The position numbers and the translations under genes are program-made. Below the pieces are notes generated by a model. The model saw only the letters and a program-made list of their open reading frames with translations. It was not told the DNA's origin and did not search any database. From an uncultured bacterium (GTDB lineage: Bacteria; Zhuqueibacterota; QNDG01; DSAB01): a DNA stretch of 64,000 bases. The DNA is taken from positions 11,009 to 75,008 of the forward strand of contig CAZTZL010000004.1 in assembly GCA_964617625.1 (NCBI GenBank), given 5' to 3'. Positions 27,959 to 37,833 of this stretch are shown here, in pieces; the stretch's first letter is position 1, and the number at the start of each line of letters is the position of its first letter.

Positions 27959-28970
27959 GAGGATGAAATGTCTGTATCACTTCCTTGAGATATTCCCGGT
28001 CCAGATGGGTGTATATCTGAGTTGTCGAGATATCAGCATGGCCGAGCATTTCCTGGACAGAACGCAGATCGGCTCCTCCTTCCAAGAGATGTGTGGCAAA
28101 AGAATGCCGCAGCGTGTGCGGGCTGACCCGTTTTTCGATGCCTGCCTGTGCGACATAAAATTTCAGAATTTGCCACACGGCAGCCCTCGTTAACGGCCTG
28201 CCATGCATGCTGAGAAAAAGAATGTCATTTCGGCGTATCTCTTTCAGCAAATCAGGTCTCACTGAATCCTGATATTTCCGGATCCATTCCAATGCAATTG
28301 ACCCGATCGGCACCAGACGTTCCTTGGATCCTTTTCCAAAAACACGAATAAACCCTTCTTCTTCGATGATACTGGATCGGGTGATCCCGGTCAATTCGGA
28401 AACTCGTACTCCTGTTGCATATAATGTTTCCAGAATGGCTCTGTCGCGAATTCCCTTGGGCAGCTGAACATCCGGCTGAGAGAGCAGCAAATCCACTTCA
28501 GGAATTTCCAGAAATGTCGGAAGTTTTCTCCCGATTTTCGGTACTTCCAGATCATCAGTTGGATCGCAAGAGAGAATATTCTCATTCATCAAAAACCGGT
28601 GAAACATACGAATGGCTGTAATATTTCTGGCCATGCTCGAACTGGCCATTCCAAGATTTGAAAGAAGAATAATCAGACTTCTAATATGCTGAGGCGTAAT
28701 TCTCCCTATTTTCCGGACACCCTGTTCTTCAAGAAACTCCAGATACCTGTTGATATCGTTCCGGTATGCCAGACGCGTGTTGTTTGAAAGTCCCTTTTCG
28801 AGTACCAAATAATTGATAAATCGATCGAGCAGGGATTTAAACGCTGGATCGATCCTGGGAAACGAATGGATTCTTACTCCTCTCTCTTCCGATTGTGGTC
28901 TCCGGGCCGTGTCCGGGATAAACAATGAAATCATCGTCCAATATATACAATTTTTTTTGAATGGATTCAA
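27936..28970 (-). CDS. xerD: Tyrosine site-specific recombinase XerD/XerC
   Basis: RHSFATHLLEGGADLRSVQEMLGHADISTTQIYTHL includes the catalytic tyrosine, and the N-terminal core-binding domain is present (LDRFINYLVLEKGLSNNT). The 5' end is uncertain. XerD homology starts near residue 41, so the start is probably internal (Met at 28934); either choice overlaps the 3' end of the MBL gene. Confidence 0.8.
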   Translation of the reverse strand: MNPFKKNCIYWTMISLFIPDTARRPQSEERGVRIHSFPRIDPAFKSLLDRFINYLVLEKGLSNNTRLAYRNDINRYLEFLEEQGVRKIGRITPQHIRSLIILLSNLGMASSSMARNITAIRMFHRFLMNENILSCDPTDDLEVPKIGRKLPTFLEIPEVDLLLSQPDVQLPKGIRDRAILETLYATGVRVSELTGITRSSIIEEEGFIRVFGKGSKERLVPIGSIALEWIRKYQDSVRPDLLKEIRRNDILFLSMHGRPLTRAAVWQILKFYVAQAGIEKRVSPHTLRHSFATHLLEGGADLRSVQEMLGHADISTTQIYTHLDREYLKEVIQTFHPREQSRID

Positions 28971-29487
28971 TCAATTGCGTTCCGGAAGAATAAGGAAAAT
29001 CCGAACGCCCCACACTGTTCCGAAAAAGTGTATCACCAACAAACACAAAATGATCCCCGATGAAACTGACCCCGCCCGGAGTATGTCCGGGAGTGTGAAT
29101 CACTTTCAATTGACCGGATCCATATTCGATAGACTGGCCTTCTTCAAGAAATCCGTCCGCCCGGTGCGATAATCCGCCGCCTTCCATAAGAAAAGACAGA
29201 TTTTGGCCGGGGTTTTCCAACATCGGCGCATCTTTTTCATGAATCCAGATTTCCGCTCCCAATTCATTTTTTATCGTTCCGATTCCCCCGACATGATCAA
29301 AATGCCCATGCGTCAGCAGAATCTGATGAACCTCCAAGTGATGATTCCGGATAAATTGAACAATATAATCCCCATCATCCGCCGGATCGATCACAACCCC
29401 TTTTTTGGCTCGATCATCGACAGCAATATAACAGTTGGTTTGCAGAAGCCCCAGTGTTAATGTATATATTTTAAGTGTATCGGACAT
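28837..29487 (-). CDS. MBL-fold metallo-hydrolase (glyoxalase II-like)
   Basis: HxHxDH motif LTHGHFDHVGG, followed by downstream His and Asp ligands. Confidence 0.8.
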   Translation of the reverse strand: MSDTLKIYTLTLGLLQTNCYIAVDDRAKKGVVIDPADDGDYIVQFIRNHHLEVHQILLTHGHFDHVGGIGTIKNELGAEIWIHEKDAPMLENPGQNLSFLMEGGGLSHRADGFLEEGQSIEYGSGQLKVIHTPGHTPGGVSFIGDHFVFVGDTLFRNSVGRSDFPYSSGTQLIESIQKKLYILDDDFIVYPGHGPETTIGRERSKNPFVSQDRSSV

Positions 29488-29490
29488 GAT

Positions 29491-30171
29491 TTAACTGTTC
29501 TGTTTGCCGAAGCAGGCCTTGACACAAATACCGCAAATATGCATGCCGATACCCTTCAGCTTTGAGAATTGCGTGAGAAAATTGTAGCATTTATCCAAAT
29601 CATATTCTCTGGGGTCATCTCCAAGCGCACCAGCCGGGCACAAATTCACGCACCGGTGACAGCTCCCGCAATTTTGCCCGACCGGTTTGTTCAAAGCAAG
29701 CGGCAGATTGGTCAATACGGTGACGAGACGAATTTGTGAACCGTATTTTTCATTGACCAGCAAATTGTTTCGTCCCCTCCACCCCAATCCGGCCGCCTCC
29801 CCCACAAGACGGTGCGATACATGCCCCTTGTGTTTTTCCTGGTCGATCACCTGCGAAGCCGGAATAGGAATCGCCAGAAATCCTTTCTCAACAATCTGAA
29901 TTGTCAATCCGTACGCGATTTTATCCAACAGATTATTGGCCTGGCGGTAATGCCATTTATAAAGGAGCGTCGGCCTGTCCTGAATCCCGTCGAGAACAGA
30001 TTTGGATAAAATAACCCCTATTGAAATTCCGAATTTCATCCCCCTGAGCTCTTCGGGAGATAACAAAAACCGATCTTTGATCGGTTCAAGATCGGCTACT
30101 CCAAAAAGCGAACATCCCTGCGTCTGAATATACTCCCCAACCCAATCGTTATGATGCTCTGTATTTTTCAT
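29491..30171 (-). CDS. Short QueG-like 4Fe-4S double-cluster protein (epoxyqueuosine-reductase homologue lacking the N- and C-terminal extensions)
   Basis: GWRGRNNLLVNEKYGSQIRLVTVLTNLPL and CGSCHRCVNLCPAGAL plus CGICVKAC align to the QueG catalytic core, but at only 226 aa. Confidence 0.55.
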   Translation of the reverse strand: MKNTEHHNDWVGEYIQTQGCSLFGVADLEPIKDRFLLSPEELRGMKFGISIGVILSKSVLDGIQDRPTLLYKWHYRQANNLLDKIAYGLTIQIVEKGFLAIPIPASQVIDQEKHKGHVSHRLVGEAAGLGWRGRNNLLVNEKYGSQIRLVTVLTNLPLALNKPVGQNCGSCHRCVNLCPAGALGDDPREYDLDKCYNFLTQFSKLKGIGMHICGICVKACFGKQNS

Positions 30172-30172
30172 T

Positions 30173-30619
30173 TTATTCCGAAGATTTATCTGGTAAAATA
30201 TGTTCCGCCAGAGAAAGTGCGATTCCCGAAAGCATCACTTCAGGCCCAAGTTTTGTAAAATCACCGGACAAAAGATGTGTATCAACGTTTGAAAACAGCG
30301 AACACGCCGCATCCTTTTCAATAATCAAACCCGAAAGTTTGCCGCCGTGTTCTCCAATAAAAGTCACTTCTCCAAGCATCTCACTGACCACATACCCGGA
30401 ACAGAAATGAAGCTGAAGATGAGCAGACGGCGTATAAACAGAAATCAGATTTCCTCTCTTTTTGCCGATGGGGATATCGGCATAAATTTCGAGAGAGAGC
30501 CGTCGTCCTTCCTCTTCATTTATTAAAACCAGACGGTAGCAACTGTCGGATTGCTGAAACTGTTCGGACAGCACTTTCGCAATTTTATTAAAATCCTTTT
30601 TTTGAAATTTAAAATCCAT
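30173..30619 (-). CDS. Hypothetical protein
   Basis: 148 aa ORF tightly packed between its neighbours (1 bp gap). No recognisable motif. Confidence 0.35.
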   Translation of the reverse strand: MDFKFQKKDFNKIAKVLSEQFQQSDSCYRLVLINEEEGRRLSLEIYADIPIGKKRGNLISVYTPSAHLQLHFCSGYVVSEMLGEVTFIGEHGGKLSGLIIEKDAACSLFSNVDTHLLSGDFTKLGPEVMLSGIALSLAEHILPDKSSE

Positions 30620-30744
30620 AAGTTATCTTTTCTCCAAATCAACAATGATTCTACGATCCGACACCTTTTGTATATTCTACGTATAAAACCGATGCGTGTT
30701 CATGTAATCGTTGAATATTCTGAACGGATACGATTTTATTCCGA

Positions 30745-31923
30745 TTATATACTGTCTACCATTCTTTTAAGAACATTCGGCCACCAGTTCCGAATTCCTT
30801 TTCTTGTTCCAAGTCGTATGATGATACAATGCTTTCTTGGACTAATATACAAAAATTGTCCAAAAATACCCAATGCAAAATAATCGGATACATTCTGTTC
30901 AACACAGTGACCCCACCAGTGGTATTGATAATATCCTCTGCCGGTTTGAAACCAGTGAGCCAGCGGTGGCTTGATAAAATCGGAACAATATCGTTCACGA
31001 GTGTCATTCGGATCTTTTTTAGTCGATTCTGCTACCCAAGCCGGTGAAAGAATCTTCTGACCGTTCCATTTTCCGGAGTTTAAGAACAACCGTCCGAATT
31101 TAGCCAGATCGATTGGACGGATACTCAAACCGCTTTCAAATTTTGGAAGGCCGTGTTTTATGCTGTCACAATATAAGTATGCAGGATACTCCATCCCGAG
31201 AGGCTGCCACAGTTTTTCCTCAAAATAAGGGATAACGGATTGCCCGATTGCTCTTTCTATAATCTGTATCAGAATCAGAGAATGATAATCGTTATAATGA
31301 AAATATTTGCCTGCCGGATTCTTGATCCGGATTCGTGAAATCAATTTGCGGCAATCTATACTAAAATAGGTTTTGATTTGATCCTTCCATGGGGCATAGC
31401 CCTGAGTGAATTCAATTCCCGAATCCATTCGAAGCAGATTGGCAATTGTGAGTTTCTTGAAATATCCGGATTTCAGCACAGGCATATATTTTGAGACGGG
31501 TTCATGAACACTTTGAATGGCACCTTCTCTCAACGCAACACCCAGAAGAGCAGACAGAAATGATTTTGAAATGGAATAGACCCGGAACAATGAATCTCGT
31601 GAAAAACCGTTAAAATAGTTTTCATAAAGAAGTGAATCCTCCTTTATGACGATAAAGGCAGTGGTTCCCGAAAATTCCAGAGACTGCTCGAAAGAAATGT
31701 TTTGATTCCGATTTTCACTATTTATAATGAAGTTTTGGAATAAATCCGGTCGATCCCATTTCTTGAAATTAAAAATGGACTCACTGTTTCTGATCAGAAC
31801 ATGAGGCAGAAATAACTGCTCCTCAAATTTCTTCTTGAATCCGTTTTGGATAACATAGGACACATATCGCAAAAAGCCACTGCTATCAGGAAGAATCCCA
31901 TTTTTAATCTCTATCTTTTGCAT
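30745..31923 (-). CDS. Serine hydrolase of the beta-lactamase / transpeptidase superfamily (class C-like esterase)
   Basis: SxxK motif (YSISKSF) within a beta-lactamase-related fold of 392 aa. Confidence 0.75.
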   Translation of the reverse strand: MQKIEIKNGILPDSSGFLRYVSYVIQNGFKKKFEEQLFLPHVLIRNSESIFNFKKWDRPDLFQNFIINSENRNQNISFEQSLEFSGTTAFIVIKEDSLLYENYFNGFSRDSLFRVYSISKSFLSALLGVALREGAIQSVHEPVSKYMPVLKSGYFKKLTIANLLRMDSGIEFTQGYAPWKDQIKTYFSIDCRKLISRIRIKNPAGKYFHYNDYHSLILIQIIERAIGQSVIPYFEEKLWQPLGMEYPAYLYCDSIKHGLPKFESGLSIRPIDLAKFGRLFLNSGKWNGQKILSPAWVAESTKKDPNDTRERYCSDFIKPPLAHWFQTGRGYYQYHWWGHCVEQNVSDYFALGIFGQFLYISPRKHCIIIRLGTRKGIRNWWPNVLKRMVDSI

Positions 31924-31984
31924 TGTGAAGGATTTCTTAATTTAATCAAATGATGTGCATTTATTATTTTGGTCAGCAACAGAT

Positions 31985-32566
31985 TTATCCGAACAGCCAT
32001 ACGAGGCCCTGCATAACGATTCCCGCGCTTAAAGGAATTGTTAAATTGTCATTGATGTCATGAATAAAAATATCAACTGCACAGGCAGTAACAACGCCGG
32101 CCATGCCGATCAGAAAATGACTGTCAGGCACGATTAAAACATTCAAAAATGCAGAAATCAAAAACATGGCACAGCCTTCTATGCTTCTGTCTTTCCATAT
32201 TTTGTGTCTTCCCCATTTTCTTCCAACAATGGCAGCAAGCGCATCCGATACGATCAAGAATAAAAGGGAAACCATTGCGATCCATTTTATAAATAAGAAA
32301 ACTGTTAAAAAACATCCGATAAGAAGATAGGTCGATCCGGTCAATTGGGTGGTCTCGTGATCTCGCAGCAGTTTGCCAAGCAGACCATTAAATAATTCAC
32401 GAAATACATGAGAGTGAAAACGCAGCACCTCGACACAAACAGCCACAAAAACACCCAGACCGATCATGGCAAGTATGATTTTTCGGTCCAAAAAATGATA
32501 ACTGAAAGGAACAATGAGCGCAAGAATATGAATGGATTTACGTATGAATTCGCTTTTCAAGTTCAT
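31985..32566 (-). CDS. Integral membrane CTP-dependent polyprenol / diacylglycerol kinase-like protein (CdsA/dolichol-kinase superfamily)
   Basis: 6 TM helices and a conserved SDALAAIVGRKWGRHK cytidylyltransferase-family motif. Confidence 0.5.
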   Translation of the reverse strand: MNLKSEFIRKSIHILALIVPFSYHFLDRKIILAMIGLGVFVAVCVEVLRFHSHVFRELFNGLLGKLLRDHETTQLTGSTYLLIGCFLTVFLFIKWIAMVSLLFLIVSDALAAIVGRKWGRHKIWKDRSIEGCAMFLISAFLNVLIVPDSHFLIGMAGVVTACAVDIFIHDINDNLTIPLSAGIVMQGLVWLFG

Positions 32567-32586
32567 GGTGAGTGCCTCGAATGAGC

Positions 32587-33279
32587 TCAGCGAAGTCTCA
32601 AACGCGCCTGGAATACTTTGTCTGCCAACTTTCGAATTTCCTGAAGCATATGCCCCGGGTCCGGAGCATGATAAATAGAAGACCCGATTGTTAAAATATC
32701 TGCTCCGGCTTGGACCACTGAGGAAACTGTATTCAGATTGATTCCGCCGTCCACTTCAATGGAAATATCGAACCCGGATTGATCGATAAACTGCCGGATA
32801 TACCGTATTTTATCAAGCTGCCCTGTAATGAATTTCTGTCCTCCAAAACCCGGATGAACCGTCATCACAAGAATTCGTTTAATATGTTTTAAATAAGGTT
32901 GAAGCGTTTTAAAATCCGTTTCGGGATTAATGACAGCGCCGGCCTGTATCCCAAGTGCGTGTATTAAATCAAGAAGAGAGTCAAAAGAGGCCTTCACTTC
33001 CTGATGCACATAAATACCGTCTGATCCCGCATCACCGAACGCCTTAATGAATTTTTCCGGCTCTTCGATCATCAGATGCGACCAGAAGGGCAGTTTTGTT
33101 ACTTTTCGAAGTGATTCTACGACCATCGGGCCGAATGTCAGGTTGGGAACGAAATGTCCGTCCATAATATCCAGATGAATTCCGTCGGCTCCGCTCTCTT
33201 CAACAATCCTGATCTCACCGGCAAGTTTTGAAAAATCTGCAGAAAGCAGGGATGGACAAATCATAATCTTATTTTTCAA
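32587..33279 (-). CDS. rpe: Ribulose-phosphate 3-epimerase
   Basis: SLLSADF, HLDIMDGHFVPN and VMTVHPGFGGQ motifs. Confidence 0.9.
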   Translation of the reverse strand: MKNKIMICPSLLSADFSKLAGEIRIVEESGADGIHLDIMDGHFVPNLTFGPMVVESLRKVTKLPFWSHLMIEEPEKFIKAFGDAGSDGIYVHQEVKASFDSLLDLIHALGIQAGAVINPETDFKTLQPYLKHIKRILVMTVHPGFGGQKFITGQLDKIRYIRQFIDQSGFDISIEVDGGINLNTVSSVVQAGADILTIGSSIYHAPDPGHMLQEIRKLADKVFQARLRLR

Positions 33280-34049
33280 GATTTCTCCTCCATAATGCTC
33301 ACTACCAAATCGATGGATTTCCCCTGTTTGACTTTACTGCCTGGTTCAACTGCCTGGGAAATAACCGTAAACGGAATTAATTTTTCATGCAACTGATAGG
33401 TTACCGAACCTACCTTAAGCCCCGATTTCCACAACAATGTTTTTGCGGTATCAAAACTTTTGCCGACCACATTGGGCACGATAAATTCCGAAGGAATTCT
33501 TCCAAGGCTGACCGAAATATCCACAATCGATTTGTTGGTGGTGTCGATCCCAGCCGAAATCGATTGTTTGGAAACGGTTCCCTCCGGATAGTAGTTGGAA
33601 TATTCGTAGTAGGTGTTTCCGATTGTTAACCCGGCTCCTCGAAGCGTAAATATCGCATCCCTTTCGGATGTTCCGATAACATGAGGAACTTTCACAATTC
33701 GCTCTCCGCCGCTCAGTGTCACATAGATACGTCTTCCCCTTTTGACTTTTGTATAAGGCAGAGGATTTTGGGCAATAACCGTACTCTCCGGATAGGTCGC
33801 ATTGAATGTTGTCGTATCATGAACCATTTTGAAGCCTTGTGATTTTAACATTTTTTCAGCTTGATCATAGGGCATCTCGGTGACATCGACAAGATCCACT
33901 TCGGCACCCTGTTTTGTATAGAGAGGCATGACCGCATAATTCAGTATAACAATCAAAACCAGGAAAAGAACGATAGTGGAAGTTACTCCCAGCAAAACTG
34001 TATTATTTCTCTCAAACCATAATTTCAGATTATTCATTTCTTCAACCAC
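33276..34049 (-). CDS. PASTA domain-containing membrane-anchored protein
   Basis: N-terminal TM anchor followed by three PASTA-like repeats (about 65 aa each). Confidence 0.65.
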   Translation of the reverse strand: MVEEMNNLKLWFERNNTVLLGVTSTIVLFLVLIVILNYAVMPLYTKQGAEVDLVDVTEMPYDQAEKMLKSQGFKMVHDTTTFNATYPESTVIAQNPLPYTKVKRGRRIYVTLSGGERIVKVPHVIGTSERDAIFTLRGAGLTIGNTYYEYSNYYPEGTVSKQSISAGIDTTNKSIVDISVSLGRIPSEFIVPNVVGKSFDTAKTLLWKSGLKVGSVTYQLHEKLIPFTVISQAVEPGSKVKQGKSIDLVVSIMEEKS

Positions 34050-35400
34050 CTTTTTTTAACCGCACTGCGAAGGAACCATCTGTTTGATGAACATCGGGCC
34101 AAGTTTTAATCCACCCAGGCTCATCCACCACATTCTTTTTGACAAATTGGCTGGCGTGATCAATTTTATATTCCGGATGATTTTGAAGAAAAACTGTAAC
34201 AATATCATCATTTTCTTCCTGCAGAATGGAACATGTGCTGTAAATTAAAATGCCCCCTTTCCGAACATGTCGATGCGCAGCTCCCAGAAGTTCTTTTTGA
34301 ATCATCGTCAATTGTACTATTTGTTGAGGAGTTCGCTGCCATCGTATTTCAGGATGTTTCCTCATCACACCGGAACCCGAACAGGGCGCGTCCAACAGTA
34401 CTTTATCGAACAGGCCGAACGGCATTTCAAGTCCGTCCGCTGCGACAGGATAAATGGATTTCAACCCAAGCCTTTTTTGATTTTGCACCAATTTACGCAG
34501 CCGCATGGGATTAATATCGACTGCAAATAATTTTGCATGGTCTTTAGAAATTTCGGCCATGTGCGTGGTCTTGCCTCCGGGGGCCGCGGCCAGTTCCAAA
34601 ATCCGTTCCTCTGACTGCGGATCAATCAGATGCGAAACCAGACCGGCGCTGACATCCTGAACAGAAAAAAATCCATGTTCAAACGCCTCCGAACGCAACA
34701 AATCTCCCAATCGATTCACAATTAAAAACTCGTCAAGCAGATCCGAGTCTTTTGCTTCAATTCGTTCATAACTTAGTACTTTTCGAACCTGATCTTTATC
34801 GGTTTTAAGCCGATTGATGCGAATGGACAACCGGGGACGTTCATTGTTGGCCCGGCAGATTGAAACCGTTTTTTCAATTCCCCGGGTATCCAGCATCTTT
34901 TGCACGAACCATAGTGGATGCGACCATTCAACAGAAATGGATTCGCCCGGATTTTCCTCAATTGATGGAAAGAAATAACTGTGCTGCTGCCGGATGCATT
35001 CTCTCAGCACGCCATTGACCCTTCTTCCCCATATCTCGCCCCCAGCTTCCTTGGCCATATCAACAGCCTCATTCACTGCCGCATACACTGGAATTCTGTC
35101 CGTATATAAAATCTGATAAAGCGCGATTTCAAGATTCCTTTGAATGACCATAGGAATCCGCTCCCATTCTCCAGAATATGTCTGCTTCAATATCCAATCC
35201 AGACGGCCTGCCCACCGTAATGTGCCCATGACAAGTTCGGTTGTCAATGAACGGTCCTGAACAGAACAAGAATGCCGGCGGAATACATGATCCAGTATAA
35301 TTTCTGCATAACCATTCGTCTTGAAAATCCGTTCCAGAATGCGAATGGCAAGCAAACGCGGTTTCACGGATTCATTTGTTAATTGTCTTCCCATAACCAC
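34042..35400 (-). CDS. rsmB: 16S rRNA (cytosine967-C5)-methyltransferase RsmB (NusB-like plus MTase domains)
   Basis: N-terminal NusB-like domain, SAM motif LDLAAAPGGKT, and catalytic LLDAPCSGSG ... YSTCS. Confidence 0.85.
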   Translation of the reverse strand: MVMGRQLTNESVKPRLLAIRILERIFKTNGYAEIILDHVFRRHSCSVQDRSLTTELVMGTLRWAGRLDWILKQTYSGEWERIPMVIQRNLEIALYQILYTDRIPVYAAVNEAVDMAKEAGGEIWGRRVNGVLRECIRQQHSYFFPSIEENPGESISVEWSHPLWFVQKMLDTRGIEKTVSICRANNERPRLSIRINRLKTDKDQVRKVLSYERIEAKDSDLLDEFLIVNRLGDLLRSEAFEHGFFSVQDVSAGLVSHLIDPQSEERILELAAAPGGKTTHMAEISKDHAKLFAVDINPMRLRKLVQNQKRLGLKSIYPVAADGLEMPFGLFDKVLLDAPCSGSGVMRKHPEIRWQRTPQQIVQLTMIQKELLGAAHRHVRKGGILIYSTCSILQEENDDIVTVFLQNHPEYKIDHASQFVKKNVVDEPGWIKTWPDVHQTDGSFAVRLKKGG

Positions 35401-35405
35401 AATAA

Positions 35406-36335
35406 TTAATTCAACACGGTTCCTTCCGTGATGGAATATCCCCTGAGAAAAGCACTGACTTCCAGGCGCCGCTTGCCTTCAAGCTGTACTTCCGTAACTA
35501 AAACCTGACCGTTTTTAGCGGATACAACAAATCCATTTTTTTGAATCTCGCTTATCTCACCGGGAAGACCAAAGCTCTTTGAGTTCTCATTTATAACTTT
35601 TGCCTTAAATATTTTTAGCCGTTTATCCGCCAGCTGTGTAAATGCCCCCGGAAAAGGAGAAAGCCCCCGGATTAAATTGACGATTTGATCCGGGGATCGA
35701 TCCCACTGAATCCTGCAGTGTTCCGGCAATATTTTTGGAGCAGGTGACGGTTCCCCTTTTTGGGGCAACCGTCTGACATTTCCCTTTTCAATAAGGTCCA
35801 TTGCTTTGAGAACGGCATGGGCTCCGATTTTGGAGAGTTTCTCGTGCAGATCTCCTGCATCTTCATCCTTTTCAATCGGGATTTTTTTCTGGAGTATCAA
35901 TTCACCTGTATCTACATCTTTTTCGATGAAAAACACACTGACGCCCGTTTCCCTTTCGCCCTGAATCAACGCCCACTGGATAGGTGCAGCACCTCTGTAT
36001 TTTGGAAGCAGAGAGGAATGCAGATTGACTGTTCCTCTTGGCGGAAGCGTGAATACTTCAGGGGGCAAAATTCGAAATCCCACAACGACAAAACAATCGG
36101 CATGACACTCTTTTAATGCCTGTATGAATTTCGGTTCTTTAAGCCCCTCGGGCTGAAGAACCGGAAGGGCCATCTTCAATGCTTCCTCTTTCACCACGGA
36201 CCCTGCCGGCCTCTGACCCCGCCCTTTCGGACGGTCGGGCCGTGTAACAACACAGACAATTTCATGCTTGCTGTTGTATAATGTACGCAATGTGGGAAGA
36301 GCGAATTCAGGCGTTCCCATGAAAACAAGACGCAT
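35406..36335 (-). CDS. fmt: Methionyl-tRNA formyltransferase
   Basis: MRLVFMGTPEFA, HSSLLPKYRGAAPIQWAL and a C-terminal domain. Confidence 0.9.
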   Translation of the reverse strand: MRLVFMGTPEFALPTLRTLYNSKHEIVCVVTRPDRPKGRGQRPAGSVVKEEALKMALPVLQPEGLKEPKFIQALKECHADCFVVVGFRILPPEVFTLPPRGTVNLHSSLLPKYRGAAPIQWALIQGERETGVSVFFIEKDVDTGELILQKKIPIEKDEDAGDLHEKLSKIGAHAVLKAMDLIEKGNVRRLPQKGEPSPAPKILPEHCRIQWDRSPDQIVNLIRGLSPFPGAFTQLADKRLKIFKAKVINENSKSFGLPGEISEIQKNGFVVSAKNGQVLVTEVQLEGKRRLEVSAFLRGYSITEGTVLN

Positions 36336-36344
36336 GCTTCAAAA

Positions 36345-36677
36345 TTACTCCGGTTTTTTATTGAGAAGCTGCGTCACAGATTGCCGGGCCAGTTCGACTT
36401 TCACATTGTCGGCTATTTTAACAATTAAAAGCCCTTCTTTTTCCTTGATGCCCGCAACGGTTCCGATAATGCCGCCGCTCGTTAATATCTTATCTCCTTT
36501 TTGCAGATTCTTGATCATTTCCTGCTGTTGTTTTTGGCGCTTCGCCTGGGGACGAAGGAGCAGGAAATACATCACGAATATAATGAGAAGAAGGGGTAAA
36601 AAACTTAAAAACGGATTTCCGCCTTTGGCTGCTCCGCCTCCAGCGGTTGCTCCTGCAAGTAAAAGTACATTGTACAC
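36345..36677 (-). CDS. yajC: Preprotein translocase subunit YajC
   Basis: Single TM segment plus QQEMIKNLQKGDKILTSGGIIGTV. Conserved tgt-yajC adjacency. Confidence 0.85.
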   Translation of the reverse strand: MYNVLLLAGATAGGGAAKGGNPFLSFLPLLLIIFVMYFLLLRPQAKRQKQQQEMIKNLQKGDKILTSGGIIGTVAGIKEKEGLLIVKIADNVKVELARQSVTQLLNKKPE

Positions 36678-36692
36678 TGAATCCTCCTTTTG

Positions 36693-37829
36693 TTATGAAT
36701 GATTATTTTCAATATGATATTGATGGTAAAATGTTTTTCTCCATGTATCAAATGATTCGTTTAAAATAGCTTGTCTGGCCTTTCGAATTAGCTCAATGTA
36801 AAAATAAAGATTATGAATGGATGCCAGACGGAGGCCTAAAATTTCTTCTGCATGAAATAAATGTCTGAGATAGGCTCTTGAAAAATGCCGACAGGTATAA
36901 CATGAACAACCCTCACTGATAGGAGAAAAATCCCGTTCATACTGGCGGTTCTTCACGACAAGCCGTCCCTGCCATGTAAAAACGGTTCCGTTCCTGCCGT
37001 TCCGGGTTGGAATCACACAATCAAACATGTCCACGCCTAAAGAAACAGCCTCAACAATATCTTCCGGTTTGCCTACACCCATAAGATAACGCGGTTTATC
37101 CACCGGAAGCAAATCCGTGCAAAGCGCAGTCATTTCCGACATGACCGATTTCGGTTCACCGACAGCCAAGCCTCCGATGGCATATCCGTCGAGTTCCAGT
37201 TCGATCAGCCTTTCTGCACTAACCCTCCGAAGCGGTTCATACGTACTGCCCTGCACAATACCAAAAAGAGCCTGATTTTTCCCATGCGGCGGTTCCGTTT
37301 CCCGATACCGGATCAGTGAACGTTCCGCCCAGTGAAGTGTCCGATTATTGGCTTTCAATGCATCCTCATACGAACAGGGATAGGAGGCGCATTCATCCAA
37401 AACCATCATGATATCTGTGCCCAGATTTCTTTGAATATCTACCACAATTTCAGGAGTAAACAGATGATACGATCCATCCAGATGAGATTGGAATTTAACT
37501 CCCTCATTGGTGATTTTCCGGAGCTCTGCGAGACTGAAAACCTGGAACCCTCCGCTGTCTGTCAATATGGGCAGAGACCAGCCTGTAAAACGATGCAGTC
37601 CGCCTGCTTCCCGGATAATGCCATCTCCAGGGCGAAGATAAAGATGATAGGTGTTCGCAAGGATAATCTGAGTTCCTATTGCCAACAAATCTTCCGGTGA
37701 CAATGTCTTTACGGTTCCCTGGGTTCCCACCGGCATAAAGAAGGGTGTTTGAATCTTTCCATGCGGTGTGGATAAAACACCGGCTCTCGCTTTTGTCAAA
37801 GAACATGTTTTCTCAAGCTTAAATTGCAT
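36693..37829 (-). CDS. tgt: Queuine tRNA-ribosyltransferase (tRNA-guanine transglycosylase)
   Basis: LPILTDSGGFQVFSL, with zinc-site CxCxxC...H (CSCYTCRHFSRAYLRHL). Confidence 0.9.
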   Translation of the reverse strand: MQFKLEKTCSLTKARAGVLSTPHGKIQTPFFMPVGTQGTVKTLSPEDLLAIGTQIILANTYHLYLRPGDGIIREAGGLHRFTGWSLPILTDSGGFQVFSLAELRKITNEGVKFQSHLDGSYHLFTPEIVVDIQRNLGTDIMMVLDECASYPCSYEDALKANNRTLHWAERSLIRYRETEPPHGKNQALFGIVQGSTYEPLRRVSAERLIELELDGYAIGGLAVGEPKSVMSEMTALCTDLLPVDKPRYLMGVGKPEDIVEAVSLGVDMFDCVIPTRNGRNGTVFTWQGRLVVKNRQYERDFSPISEGCSCYTCRHFSRAYLRHLFHAEEILGLRLASIHNLYFYIELIRKARQAILNESFDTWRKTFYHQYHIENNHS

Positions 37830-37833
37830 CGAT

